Origin: an uncultured bacterium
GTDB lineage: Bacteria; Zixibacteria; MSB-5A5; UBA10806
NCBI GenBank assembly: GCA_965541585.1
Contig: CBEUCH010000004.1
Span: 135,871-199,870, forward strand
DNA length: 64,000 nt
Reading direction: 5' to 3'
The number at the start of each line of letters is the position of its first letter. Within the stretch, counting starts at the first letter, position 1. The notes below the pieces were generated by a model. It was given only the letters and a program-made list of their open reading frames with translations, was not told the DNA's origin and did not search any database. A program made the translations under genes and the position numbers. Of this stretch, positions 20,813 through 28,866 are shown one piece after another.

Positions 20813-22345
20813 ATGCCTGTTGGCGATAGATATCTCACCCGGCTGGCTATTTTGTTCTCGGTATTAGCCCTGGCTGCTTATAGCTATTATATCCAGCCGT
20901 GGATGCTTGACGATGCCTTTATCGCTTTTCGCTATGCTGAGAATATCGTCGCCGGAGATGGCCCAGTCTATAATGTGGGGGAGAGAGTCGAAGGATATAC
21001 GTCGTTCCTATGGATGATCCTTATGGCGCTCGGCAGATCGTTCGGCGCTGATATAGTGATATTCTCCAAGGTCCTGGGACTGGCTTTCGCCATTGGCAAT
21101 ATCATATTGCTCGCCAACGCCCACAGGTTAGCAAGAACTATCGATTCCGGGGTTTCCGCCATAGCGACGCTATTGCTCGGTAGCACCGGCATTTTTCTGG
21201 CGTGGGGTGTAAGCGGCATGGAGGTTACCTTATTTACGTTTCTGGTCTCACTTTCTTTATTATATTATATATCCATAACGGATTCGGATGATTATAGAAA
21301 GTTCTCTATCCTGGGGGTATTGTGCGGCATTATGTCTCTTGCAAGACCCGAAGGACTACTGGTAACGGGGATTCTGATTTTGTATCAATCTTATAAAAGC
21401 ATCAAAAAGGGAAATTATCCGATCGCATATTTGGTCGTATTTTTTCTTATAATATATCTGCCCTACTTCTGGTGGCGGTATAACTATTATGGTTTCCTGT
21501 TACCGAATACTTTCTATGCCAAGGTTGGCTGGAACATCAACCAGGTCATAAGGGGGCTAAGATATCTGGTCAGGTTCGGAATTCCTTCGCTGATGATTTT
21601 GTTGCCGATGATCGATCCAATTGGAACATCAGCCTGGTTTAAGAAATATGGAAAGCTCACCATCCTTCCATTAGTGGCCGCCGTTTACAGCATCTATATA
21701 ATTTCGGTCGGAGGAGACAGCATGCCGGCATTTAGATTTTTTACGCCGATAATGCCGATATTCTGTATTCTATTCGCCATGACGATAATGCTCATAGACA
21801 ACAAACGAATAGTGACTCTTATGGTCCTGGGAACCATCGTATACAGCATTGTTCTACTCAATTCTCCACATATTACTCCTCACATAGAAGATAACAGAGC
21901 CGCCGAATATGGTAAAGAAGTTGGTCAATGGCTTTCAAAGAATGTTCCTGCTGATGCCGTGATTGCCACTAATACGGCCGGAAGCGTCCCTTACTACAGC
22001 CGACTCAGAGTCATTGATATGCTCGGCTTAACAGATCTGCACATCGCTCATCGCGAAATGCCGAATATGGGTTCCGGCTGGCCAGGGCATGAAAAGTCGG
22101 ACGGCCAGTATGTTCTATCCCGAAAGCCCGATTACATACACTTCTGCTCCAGCCTCGGATCGGCAGAACCGGTATCCCCCGGCGATAAAGAGATTTACAA
22201 TATCCCCGAATTCCATATGATGTATGTTCTCAAACAAGTAACCTTGCCATCCGGCAATCGGCTGTCACTATATGAACGGCGGCGGGAGCTTGATCGGCCA
22301 CCGTCGGATGACGATCCGAGGTCAGTGCCGGATTTGAAGCTATGA
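20813..22345 (+). CDS. Polytopic membrane protein, probable GT-C fold glycosyltransferase (ArnT/PMT-like)
   Basis: 510 aa with ~11 TM helices. A 'DDAFIAFRYAE' acidic motif sits in the first extracytoplasmic loop, as in GT39/GT83 enzymes. A soluble C-terminal domain follows. Confidence 0.45.
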   Translation: MPVGDRYLTRLAILFSVLALAAYSYYIQPWMLDDAFIAFRYAENIVAGDGPVYNVGERVEGYTSFLWMILMALGRSFGADIVIFSKVLGLAFAIGNIILLANAHRLARTIDSGVSAIATLLLGSTGIFLAWGVSGMEVTLFTFLVSLSLLYYISITDSDDYRKFSILGVLCGIMSLARPEGLLVTGILILYQSYKSIKKGNYPIAYLVVFFLIIYLPYFWWRYNYYGFLLPNTFYAKVGWNINQVIRGLRYLVRFGIPSLMILLPMIDPIGTSAWFKKYGKLTILPLVAAVYSIYIISVGGDSMPAFRFFTPIMPIFCILFAMTIMLIDNKRIVTLMVLGTIVYSIVLLNSPHITPHIEDNRAAEYGKEVGQWLSKNVPADAVIATNTAGSVPYYSRLRVIDMLGLTDLHIAHREMPNMGSGWPGHEKSDGQYVLSRKPDYIHFCSSLGSAEPVSPGDKEIYNIPEFHMMYVLKQVTLPSGNRLSLYERRRELDRPPSDDDPRSVPDLKL

Positions 22346-22432
22346 CCGTTCCGGAAACGGACTCATTTGGTAAATAATCGCACCTTGACTTTCCCGTGAT
22401 TTTAAGTATTTTTCTTGGTTCGAGGAACATCC

Positions 22433-22504
22433 TGGGGCGTCGACAAGTGGCAAGTCACCAGCCTTTGGAGCTGGCATTCCCAGGTTCGAATCCTGGCGCC
22501 CCAG
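22433..22504 (+). tRNA. tRNA-Gln (anticodon UUG)
   Basis: The cloverleaf was folded by hand. Acceptor TGGGGCG/CGCCCCA. D arm gac-aagtggcaa-gtc. Anticodon stem ccagc/gctgg with loop cTTTGga, giving anticodon UUG. Variable loop cattc. T arm ccagg-ttcgaat-cctgg. Discriminator G. The anticodon stem, variable loop and T arm closely resemble E. coli tRNA-Gln. CCA is not encoded. Confidence 0.85.
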
Positions 22505-22571
22505 CTGTGACTATATGGCGGTCGATGGCTTAATTTTTGGTACAGGATAAAAGACAATGTAGCGGGGATGA

Positions 22572-23510
22572 GTGATGCTCAATGATTTCAGACTTTTCTC
22601 GGGGAGCGCCAACAGGCCTCTGGCGGAAAAAATAGCAAAAGACCTCGGCAAGCCCGTCTCGAAATGCACGCTGAAGAGGTTCTCCGACGGCGAGATTTTC
22701 TTCCAGATCGACGAGAACATCCGGGGGACGGACGTATTCATCATCCAGTCCACCAACGCGCCGGCATCCAACCTGATGGAGCTTTTCATAATGATAGACG
22801 CCTGCCGGCGAGCGTCCGCCAACAGGATAACCGCGGCCATACCCTATTACGGTTACGCCCGTCAGGATCGCAAGGATCAGCCGCGTGTTGCCATATCCGC
22901 CAAGCTGGTGGCCAATCTTATCACCAAGGCGGGGGTCGACCGGGTGCTCCTGATGGATCTGCACGCCTCACAGATACAGGGATTTTTCGATTGCCCCTCG
23001 GACCACCTCTACTCATCCAAGGTTTTCAACAAACATTTAAAGAAACTCGATTTCAAAGACGGCGTGGCGGTCTCGCCCGATGTCGGCTCTGTCAAGCTCG
23101 TCAGGGCTTTCGCCAAGGCGCTCGATTTCAGCCTGGCCATCGTCGATAAGAGAAGGCCGGACATAAACCAGGCGAAGGTCATGAATGTCATCGGCGATGT
23201 CGAGGGTCGGGATGTCGTTATCCGCGATGACCTTGTCGATACTGCCGGTACCCTCGCCGGGGCCGCGGATGCCATCAAGCAAGAGGGAGCCAGGCGTGTG
23301 GTGGCTGCCTGCACACACGGCGTGCTATCCGGCAAGGCCAGGGAGAGAATCGAGAAATCGGCCATAGAAAAGCTTTATGTTTCGGATACCATTGATATCC
23401 CGCAGGAGAAGAGATTCCCCAAACTGGAGATTCTCTCCGTATCAGAGGTCTTCAGCAAGTCGATATTGCGGATTCACGAGGAAAAGTCGCTTTCGAGTTT
23501 GTTTGTTTAA
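22572..23510 (+). CDS. prs: Ribose-phosphate pyrophosphokinase (PRPP synthetase)
   Basis: 'FSGSANRPLAEKIAKDLG...KRFSDGEIFFQIDENIRG...DLHA.QIQGFF...' and the PRPP loop 'VIRDDLVDTAGTL' match Prs. Confidence 0.95.
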   Translation: MMLNDFRLFSGSANRPLAEKIAKDLGKPVSKCTLKRFSDGEIFFQIDENIRGTDVFIIQSTNAPASNLMELFIMIDACRRASANRITAAIPYYGYARQDRKDQPRVAISAKLVANLITKAGVDRVLLMDLHASQIQGFFDCPSDHLYSSKVFNKHLKKLDFKDGVAVSPDVGSVKLVRAFAKALDFSLAIVDKRRPDINQAKVMNVIGDVEGRDVVIRDDLVDTAGTLAGAADAIKQEGARRVVAACTHGVLSGKARERIEKSAIEKLYVSDTIDIPQEKRFPKLEILSVSEVFSKSILRIHEEKSLSSLFV

Positions 23511-23603
23511 AATGCCGCGGATAATGGTTACAACAGGATAGGAAATTCCCATTCGGGGTACCTGTAATTAAATAGAAAATAAGTAATCTTCAGGGAGTAA
23601 CAG

Positions 23604-24374
23604 ATGAGAGAAATAACGCTTGAGGCCCGCACCCGGAAAGACGCCGGCAAGGGTGTGGCCAGGAAGTTGAGGGCTGCCGGGAAAATTCCAGCTGTCGTTT
23701 ATGGCAAAGGTGAGGAGCCGGTTGTAATCGAACTGGAATATGAGAATTTTCATAATGCCATGAGGGAGGCATCGGGTGAAAACCTCCTGATCAATCTGAA
23801 TATCGACGGGGCTGCCGCCAAAAAGAAGGCGCTTATCAAGGACGTGCAGAGAGATCCCGTTGACGGCAATCTGCTGCATATCGATTTTATGCATATCTCC
23901 ATGACGGAGAAAATCAAAGTCGAGGTGCCGATCGTTCTGGAGGGGACCCCCATCGGCGTTAAGGATTTCGGCGGCATCATTTCATGGGTTATCCGGCACG
24001 TGGAGATCTCCTGCCTGCCAACCGATATACCGGATAAGATCACATTCGATGTCTCAGAGATGAAGATTCATGATTCGATCCATATCAAGGATTTCCAGCT
24101 TGACAACGTAGAGATTTCAGAGAATCCCGAACGCACTGTAGCCTCCATTGTACCACCGACGGTTATCAAGGAAGAGGTAGTCGTCGCCGAGGGCGAGGAG
24201 GGCGAGCTTGTCGAGGGCGAAGAAGCTCCTGTCGCCGAGGGCGAGGAGGGCGAGCCGGAGGTTATCTCCGAAAAGAAGGCCGAGGATAGACAGGCCGAGA
24301 AAGGAAAGGCCGAAAAGGGAAAAGGCGAAAAAGGAAAAGGCGAGAAGGGAAAAGGGGAGGAGAAAAAGAAATAG
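23604..24374 (+). CDS. rplY: Ribosomal protein L25 / general stress protein Ctc, with ~70-aa E/G/K-rich low-complexity C-terminal tail
   Basis: 'MREITLEARTRKDAGKGVARKLRAAGKIPAVVYGKGEEP' is the L25/Ctc N-terminus. The tail reads 'AEGEEGELVEGEEAPVAEGEEGEPE...EKGKAEKGKGEKGKGEKGKGEEKKK'. It follows prs, which is a conserved order. Confidence 0.85.
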   Translation: MREITLEARTRKDAGKGVARKLRAAGKIPAVVYGKGEEPVVIELEYENFHNAMREASGENLLINLNIDGAAAKKKALIKDVQRDPVDGNLLHIDFMHISMTEKIKVEVPIVLEGTPIGVKDFGGIISWVIRHVEISCLPTDIPDKITFDVSEMKIHDSIHIKDFQLDNVEISENPERTVASIVPPTVIKEEVVVAEGEEGELVEGEEAPVAEGEEGEPEVISEKKAEDRQAEKGKAEKGKGEKGKGEKGKGEEKKK

Positions 24375-24411
24375 AGCTTTTCTCCAGCCGCAATCTATAT
24401 TCAATATCGAA

Positions 24412-24436
24412 AGCCCCGCATGCCGGGGCTTTTTTG
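24412..24436 (+). terminator. Rho-independent terminator after rplY/ctc
   Basis: 'agccccg-catgc-cggggct' is a hairpin followed by 'tttttt'. Confidence 0.75.
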
Positions 24437-24530
24437 TTATAAGGCTTGACAGAAAGGCTGCATTTCGTTATCTTGAGCATGGATTTAGAGATCGGCAATA
24501 CTCGCACCTGGCAATCTTGAAGGGGATGCC

Positions 24531-26669
24531 ATGAAAAGGTCTATAATCATAATTATTTGGCTCTTTTTGTCATCCAGCCCGCTCTTGGCGCAGGAGGTGG
24601 AATATGTAGGGTCGACGCTCTGGACCGGCATCGGCGATATCCAAGTCATAGACGATTACGCCTATTGCGCGTTTTATAACGGCCTGGGGGTTCTTGATAT
24701 CTCCGATCCTTCGGAGCCGGAGCTTATAAGCAAATGCTCTTTAGAGGGTAGGGGCTTAGATATCCAGATCGTCGGTGATTACGCTTATGTTGCCGATTAT
24801 GGAGCCTGCCTCCAAATTGTAAACATTTCCGATCCCTTGAATCCCTTTCTTGAAGGAAGTTATGAGGAGCGGAGTGCGGAGATGATCTCCATCTCCGGTG
24901 ACAATGCCTTTGTAGTATATTCGATGGAATCTCCGTGGGGAGGAGATTACGGATTATTGATAATCGATATCAGTGATCCCACAGACCCGCATGAGACCGG
25001 ATACATTCAAGTTCACGGAGGAGCGTATAACCTGTGCGCGGTTGGAGATTACGCTTATGTTTCGGATGGCGACCCCGGTTTTCGAATATTCGATGTATCC
25101 GATCCCACAGACCCCAATACTATTGGGACGTTTCAAACCCCATATTTCCCATGGAAGATTGTTGTCGATGGGGATTATGCTTACGTGGCTGACGGTCATT
25201 CAGGATTGACTATTCTGGATATCTCCGATCCGGCGAATCCCCAATTGATTGATAGCTTTTTTGAAGATGTTGACTTCAGAGATATTTACGTTTTAGGTCA
25301 ACACGCTTACGTTCTGGATGAGAATATCGTTCCGTATGGCGGTGTTCACATAGTCAATATCTCCGATCTTTTGGATCCTTATATCGAGGGAAGTTATCCT
25401 ATCAGAGTTCCGGAACGAATTAATCTTTACGGAGATTATTCTTATATTCTCGACAATCAGGATGATATTCATATATTAGATATTTCTAATCCAAGCGAAC
25501 CTTCCTACAGCGGACGTTACGATTCTCCCCGGTTGCTTACCGGCGTTTTTGTTGATGGCGATTATGCGTTTGTTCCCGCCTCCCATCCTGCTCTTATCGT
25601 AATTGATGTTACCGATCCTACCAATCCTGCCTATGCCGGAATATCGGATAGTGTCGGATGGTCGCGGGATATACATATTTCAGGCGATTACGCCTATTTA
25701 GTCGGCTCTGATCTTCAGATTCTGGATATATCCGATCCCTCCCACCCCGCAAGCGTGGGAGTTTATTATACTCAAAGCTATTCGATGGAGGTGTTCGTTT
25801 CCGATAATCTCGCGTATGTAACGGAATACTCTTCAGGTTATCAGTACGATCTTGAAATCGTTAACGTTTCCGATCCCTCCAATCCATATTTTGAAGGCGG
25901 TTTTAGCACAGCAAACCGAGCCTACGCTGTTTTTGTTGCTGGCGATTACGCTTATATTGGCGTCAGTAATCGCGGTCTCCTTATCCTTGATGTATCTGAT
26001 CCATCAGATCCATACCTCGTCGGTAGTTTCTATGATGGCCGGCACACACCGATAGACATATTCATCGTCGGTAATTACGCGTATCTGTCGGGGTACAATC
26101 TTCAGATACTCGATATCAGCGATCCGTCAAATCCGATACCTGTTGGAGATAACGACCCGCCTATTCACGCCTGGAATATCTATATGTCCGGTGATTACGC
26201 TTATATAAGCGGTTCTGAAGGTTTATCGGCTGTTAACGTGACCGATCCCGAAAATCCGATAATTGTCGCAAGTTATGAAAGACCGGGTCCGGTCGATGAC
26301 ATTTTTGTATCGGATTATTACATTTATGTTTCGACAGAATTCTCTATAAAGATATTTTACTTTGATCGGCAAACCGGTATTATCGAGGAGGTCGATCACA
26401 TCCCGCGATCCTTCACCCTCGCCCCCAACCACCCTAACCCCTTCAACACGTCCACCACCATCCGCTACGATTTGCCGTTGGCAGGGGATGTTCGGCTGGA
26501 GATCTACGACATCCTCGGCCGCAAGATAGAAACGCTGGTTGACGGCTGGCAAACGGCGGGGGCGCATTCCATAGTATGGGAAGCGGAAAGTGTATCATCG
26601 GGGGTGTATTTCTACAGAATTCAGGCGGGAGATTATGTTCAAAGCAAGAGCTGCCTACTTTTAAAATGA
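24531..26669 (+). CDS. LVIVD-repeat beta-propeller protein with C-terminal T9SS (Por) sorting domain, paralog 1
   Basis: Signal peptide 'MKRSIIIIIWLFLSSSPLLA'. About 13 repeats of '(V/G)GDYAYVAD...GL.I.DISDP..P...G.Y'. C-terminus 'NHPNPFNTSTTIRYDLP...GVYFYRIQAGDYVQSKSCLLLK'. Confidence 0.7.
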   Translation: MKRSIIIIIWLFLSSSPLLAQEVEYVGSTLWTGIGDIQVIDDYAYCAFYNGLGVLDISDPSEPELISKCSLEGRGLDIQIVGDYAYVADYGACLQIVNISDPLNPFLEGSYEERSAEMISISGDNAFVVYSMESPWGGDYGLLIIDISDPTDPHETGYIQVHGGAYNLCAVGDYAYVSDGDPGFRIFDVSDPTDPNTIGTFQTPYFPWKIVVDGDYAYVADGHSGLTILDISDPANPQLIDSFFEDVDFRDIYVLGQHAYVLDENIVPYGGVHIVNISDLLDPYIEGSYPIRVPERINLYGDYSYILDNQDDIHILDISNPSEPSYSGRYDSPRLLTGVFVDGDYAFVPASHPALIVIDVTDPTNPAYAGISDSVGWSRDIHISGDYAYLVGSDLQILDISDPSHPASVGVYYTQSYSMEVFVSDNLAYVTEYSSGYQYDLEIVNVSDPSNPYFEGGFSTANRAYAVFVAGDYAYIGVSNRGLLILDVSDPSDPYLVGSFYDGRHTPIDIFIVGNYAYLSGYNLQILDISDPSNPIPVGDNDPPIHAWNIYMSGDYAYISGSEGLSAVNVTDPENPIIVASYERPGPVDDIFVSDYYIYVSTEFSIKIFYFDRQTGIIEEVDHIPRSFTLAPNHPNPFNTSTTIRYDLPLAGDVRLEIYDILGRKIETLVDGWQTAGAHSIVWEAESVSSGVYFYRIQAGDYVQSKSCLLLK

Positions 26670-26758
26670 TTGCTTGCCAGAAACAACACCATGCATTATC
26701 TTGAATATGGGTTTAGAGATCGGCAATACTTGCACCTGGCTATTTTGAAGGGGATGCC

Positions 26759-28864
26759 ATGAAAAGGTCTATAATCATAATTATTTGCTTCTTGTTGCTT
26801 TCAGGCTCACTGTGGGCCCAGGAAATCGATTATATTGGATCAGCTCTCTGGAGCGACATTCATGATGTCAAGGTTGTTGGCAATTATGCCTATTGCGCAT
26901 TTGTTAATGGATTGATGATATTGGACGTTACAGATCCAGAAGCGCCTTTATACTTAGGCCAATACTATTGTCAGGGCAATGGTCGGGCTTTAGATGTTTT
27001 TGGCAATTATGTGTTTCTAGCCGACGGTCAATCCGGGGTGCAAATTATTAACATAGCTTCGCCCGATTCTCCATTCCTGGTAGGAAATTATGATACCGAG
27101 ATCTATACGTATGGCGTCTTCATAGAGGGCCATTACATGTACTTAGCCGATTCTTATCATGGGCTAGTAATATGCGACATAACGGATCCTTCAAATCCTG
27201 AATTTACTGGATCCTACAACACCGATGGTTATAGTAGAGATGTCGTTGTTTCAGGGGATTACGCTTACCTTGCAGATGACATTTGGGGTCTACAAATAAT
27301 AGATATTTCAGATCCAGCTTCTCCTATTCACGTATCAAACTATGACACTCCGGGGCAGGCTTATAGGATCTTTCTTTCAGGGGATTATGCATATATTGCG
27401 GATTTTGGGTCTGGCCTTCAGATAATTGATATCTCAGAACCTGAAGCACCAACGTGGGTAGGCAATTACAATAGCTACGTCGAAGACGTTGCTGTCAGAG
27501 GAGACTATGCATTTGTGATCGGTCACTACTTTGGTTTACATATTGTTGATATCAGCAACCCCTCAAATCCTATATTCGTAGGAGGAATCGAGACACCGGA
27601 CATTTCAACGGCTGTTTCCCTTACCGGTAATTACGCATATATAGCTGATCAATCAAGTGGTCTTCAAATAATAGAAATTTCGAATCCTTCGAATCCCGCA
27701 TCAACTGGGTCTTACGCAACGGCTGGCCACCCCTCTCGTATAATTGTAGCCGCCAATTACGCCTTTATGGAAGCCTCCTCGGGAATACAGATAGCCGATA
27801 TCGCCGATCCCGAAAACCCAACCTGGACAGCAGGCATGGATCCTCCTTATAATGTCATTGACCTTTTTGTACTGGACAACTATGTTTACGCTGCATGTAA
27901 CGATTCCGGCTTACAGATCTTCGATATCTCTATGCCAAATTCCCCGACGTGGATCGGAGGTTACAGTACAAACAGTAATACATATAGCGTATTTATTGCC
28001 GCCAACTTAGCATTTATAGCCAATGGATATTTCGGTCTTCAGATTATCGACATTTCAGAACAGGATGACCCGTTTTTTGTTGGAAGCTACTACGCCGAAG
28101 ACATTATTAAGGGTATTTATGTAACAGGGCACTACGTTTATCTTGGCGGCTCTAATAACGGCTTGTATATAATTGATGCATCCAACCCAGAATCGCCCGT
28201 GCTGGTCGGGAATTGCGATACCCCGGGCTATGGCGGTCAGGTTTTTGTTGTCGGCAACTATGCCTACATCGCCGATGAGAATTCCGGTCTCCATATAATA
28301 GATATATCAAATCCCCAATATCCCTCGATTGTTGGGAGTTATTTAACAACAGGGGGAGTCACTAGTGTGCATGTATCTGGTAGTTTCGCCTATGTTGGCG
28401 ATCATTATAGTGTCGATCCGCTGGTAATCAATATTTCCGACTCGCAAAATCCTACATTAGAGGCGACTTATGACACTCCGGGTTACGCCAGAGATGTTTT
28501 TGTATCTGGTAATTACATGTATGTTGCCGATTTCTTTTCCTTGATGATCCTCCACTTCGATCCTCAAACTGGAATGATAAAGGAGATTTCGAAGTTGCCC
28601 AATCAAATCTCCCTCTCCCAGAACCACCCCAATCCCTTCAACGCTTCCACCACCATCAAATACGTTCTGCCTACTGGTTCCGATGTGACCCTGGAAATCT
28701 ACGATATCCTCGGTCGCAAGATCGAAACGCTGGTTAATGGCTGGCAACCGGCGGGGGCGCATTCCATCGTATGGGAGGCGGAGAATGTATCATCAGGTGT
28801 GTATTTCTATAGAATAGAGGCGGGGGAGTATGTTCAAAGCAAAAGCTGCCTGCTTTTGAAATAA
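26759..28864 (+). CDS. LVIVD-repeat beta-propeller protein with C-terminal T9SS sorting domain, paralog 2
   Basis: Same architecture as paralog 1. The signal peptide and the last ~90 aa are near-identical. The middle repeats have diverged. The 5' UTR is also conserved. Confidence 0.7.
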   Translation: MKRSIIIIICFLLLSGSLWAQEIDYIGSALWSDIHDVKVVGNYAYCAFVNGLMILDVTDPEAPLYLGQYYCQGNGRALDVFGNYVFLADGQSGVQIINIASPDSPFLVGNYDTEIYTYGVFIEGHYMYLADSYHGLVICDITDPSNPEFTGSYNTDGYSRDVVVSGDYAYLADDIWGLQIIDISDPASPIHVSNYDTPGQAYRIFLSGDYAYIADFGSGLQIIDISEPEAPTWVGNYNSYVEDVAVRGDYAFVIGHYFGLHIVDISNPSNPIFVGGIETPDISTAVSLTGNYAYIADQSSGLQIIEISNPSNPASTGSYATAGHPSRIIVAANYAFMEASSGIQIADIADPENPTWTAGMDPPYNVIDLFVLDNYVYAACNDSGLQIFDISMPNSPTWIGGYSTNSNTYSVFIAANLAFIANGYFGLQIIDISEQDDPFFVGSYYAEDIIKGIYVTGHYVYLGGSNNGLYIIDASNPESPVLVGNCDTPGYGGQVFVVGNYAYIADENSGLHIIDISNPQYPSIVGSYLTTGGVTSVHVSGSFAYVGDHYSVDPLVINISDSQNPTLEATYDTPGYARDVFVSGNYMYVADFFSLMILHFDPQTGMIKEISKLPNQISLSQNHPNPFNASTTIKYVLPTGSDVTLEIYDILGRKIETLVNGWQPAGAHSIVWEAENVSSGVYFYRIEAGEYVQSKSCLLLK

Positions 28865-28866
28865 TC

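Noticed and set aside
22230-22964. ORFs 22230..22430(-), 22511..22840(-), 22530..22964(-) and 22664..23149(+)
   Set aside because: They overlap tRNA-Gln or the strongly supported prs frame. They have no RBS and unusual compositions.
24470-24530. Possible sigma-54 (-24/-12) promoter in the conserved block upstream of both LVIVD genes ('gcacctggcaatcttg')
   Set aside because: The GG-N10-GC spacing and the TGGCAC/TTGCA consensus are not satisfied. The conservation is better explained by recent duplication.
24117-24534. ORFs antisense to, or overlapping, the L25 tail (24117..24404-, 24208..24534+, 24262..24507-)
   Set aside because: They are artefacts of the GAG/AAG repeat that encodes the E/K-rich tail. 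They read as poly-Leu/Phe or poly-Arg/Lys.
28055-28762. Minus-strand ORFs inside the second LVIVD gene (28055..28294, 28152..28349, 28457..28762) and the analogous 26223..26567 in the first
   Set aside because: They are antisense to well-supported repeat-protein frames. The 28457 and 26223 ORFs are mirror artefacts of the conserved C-terminal tail in both paralogs.
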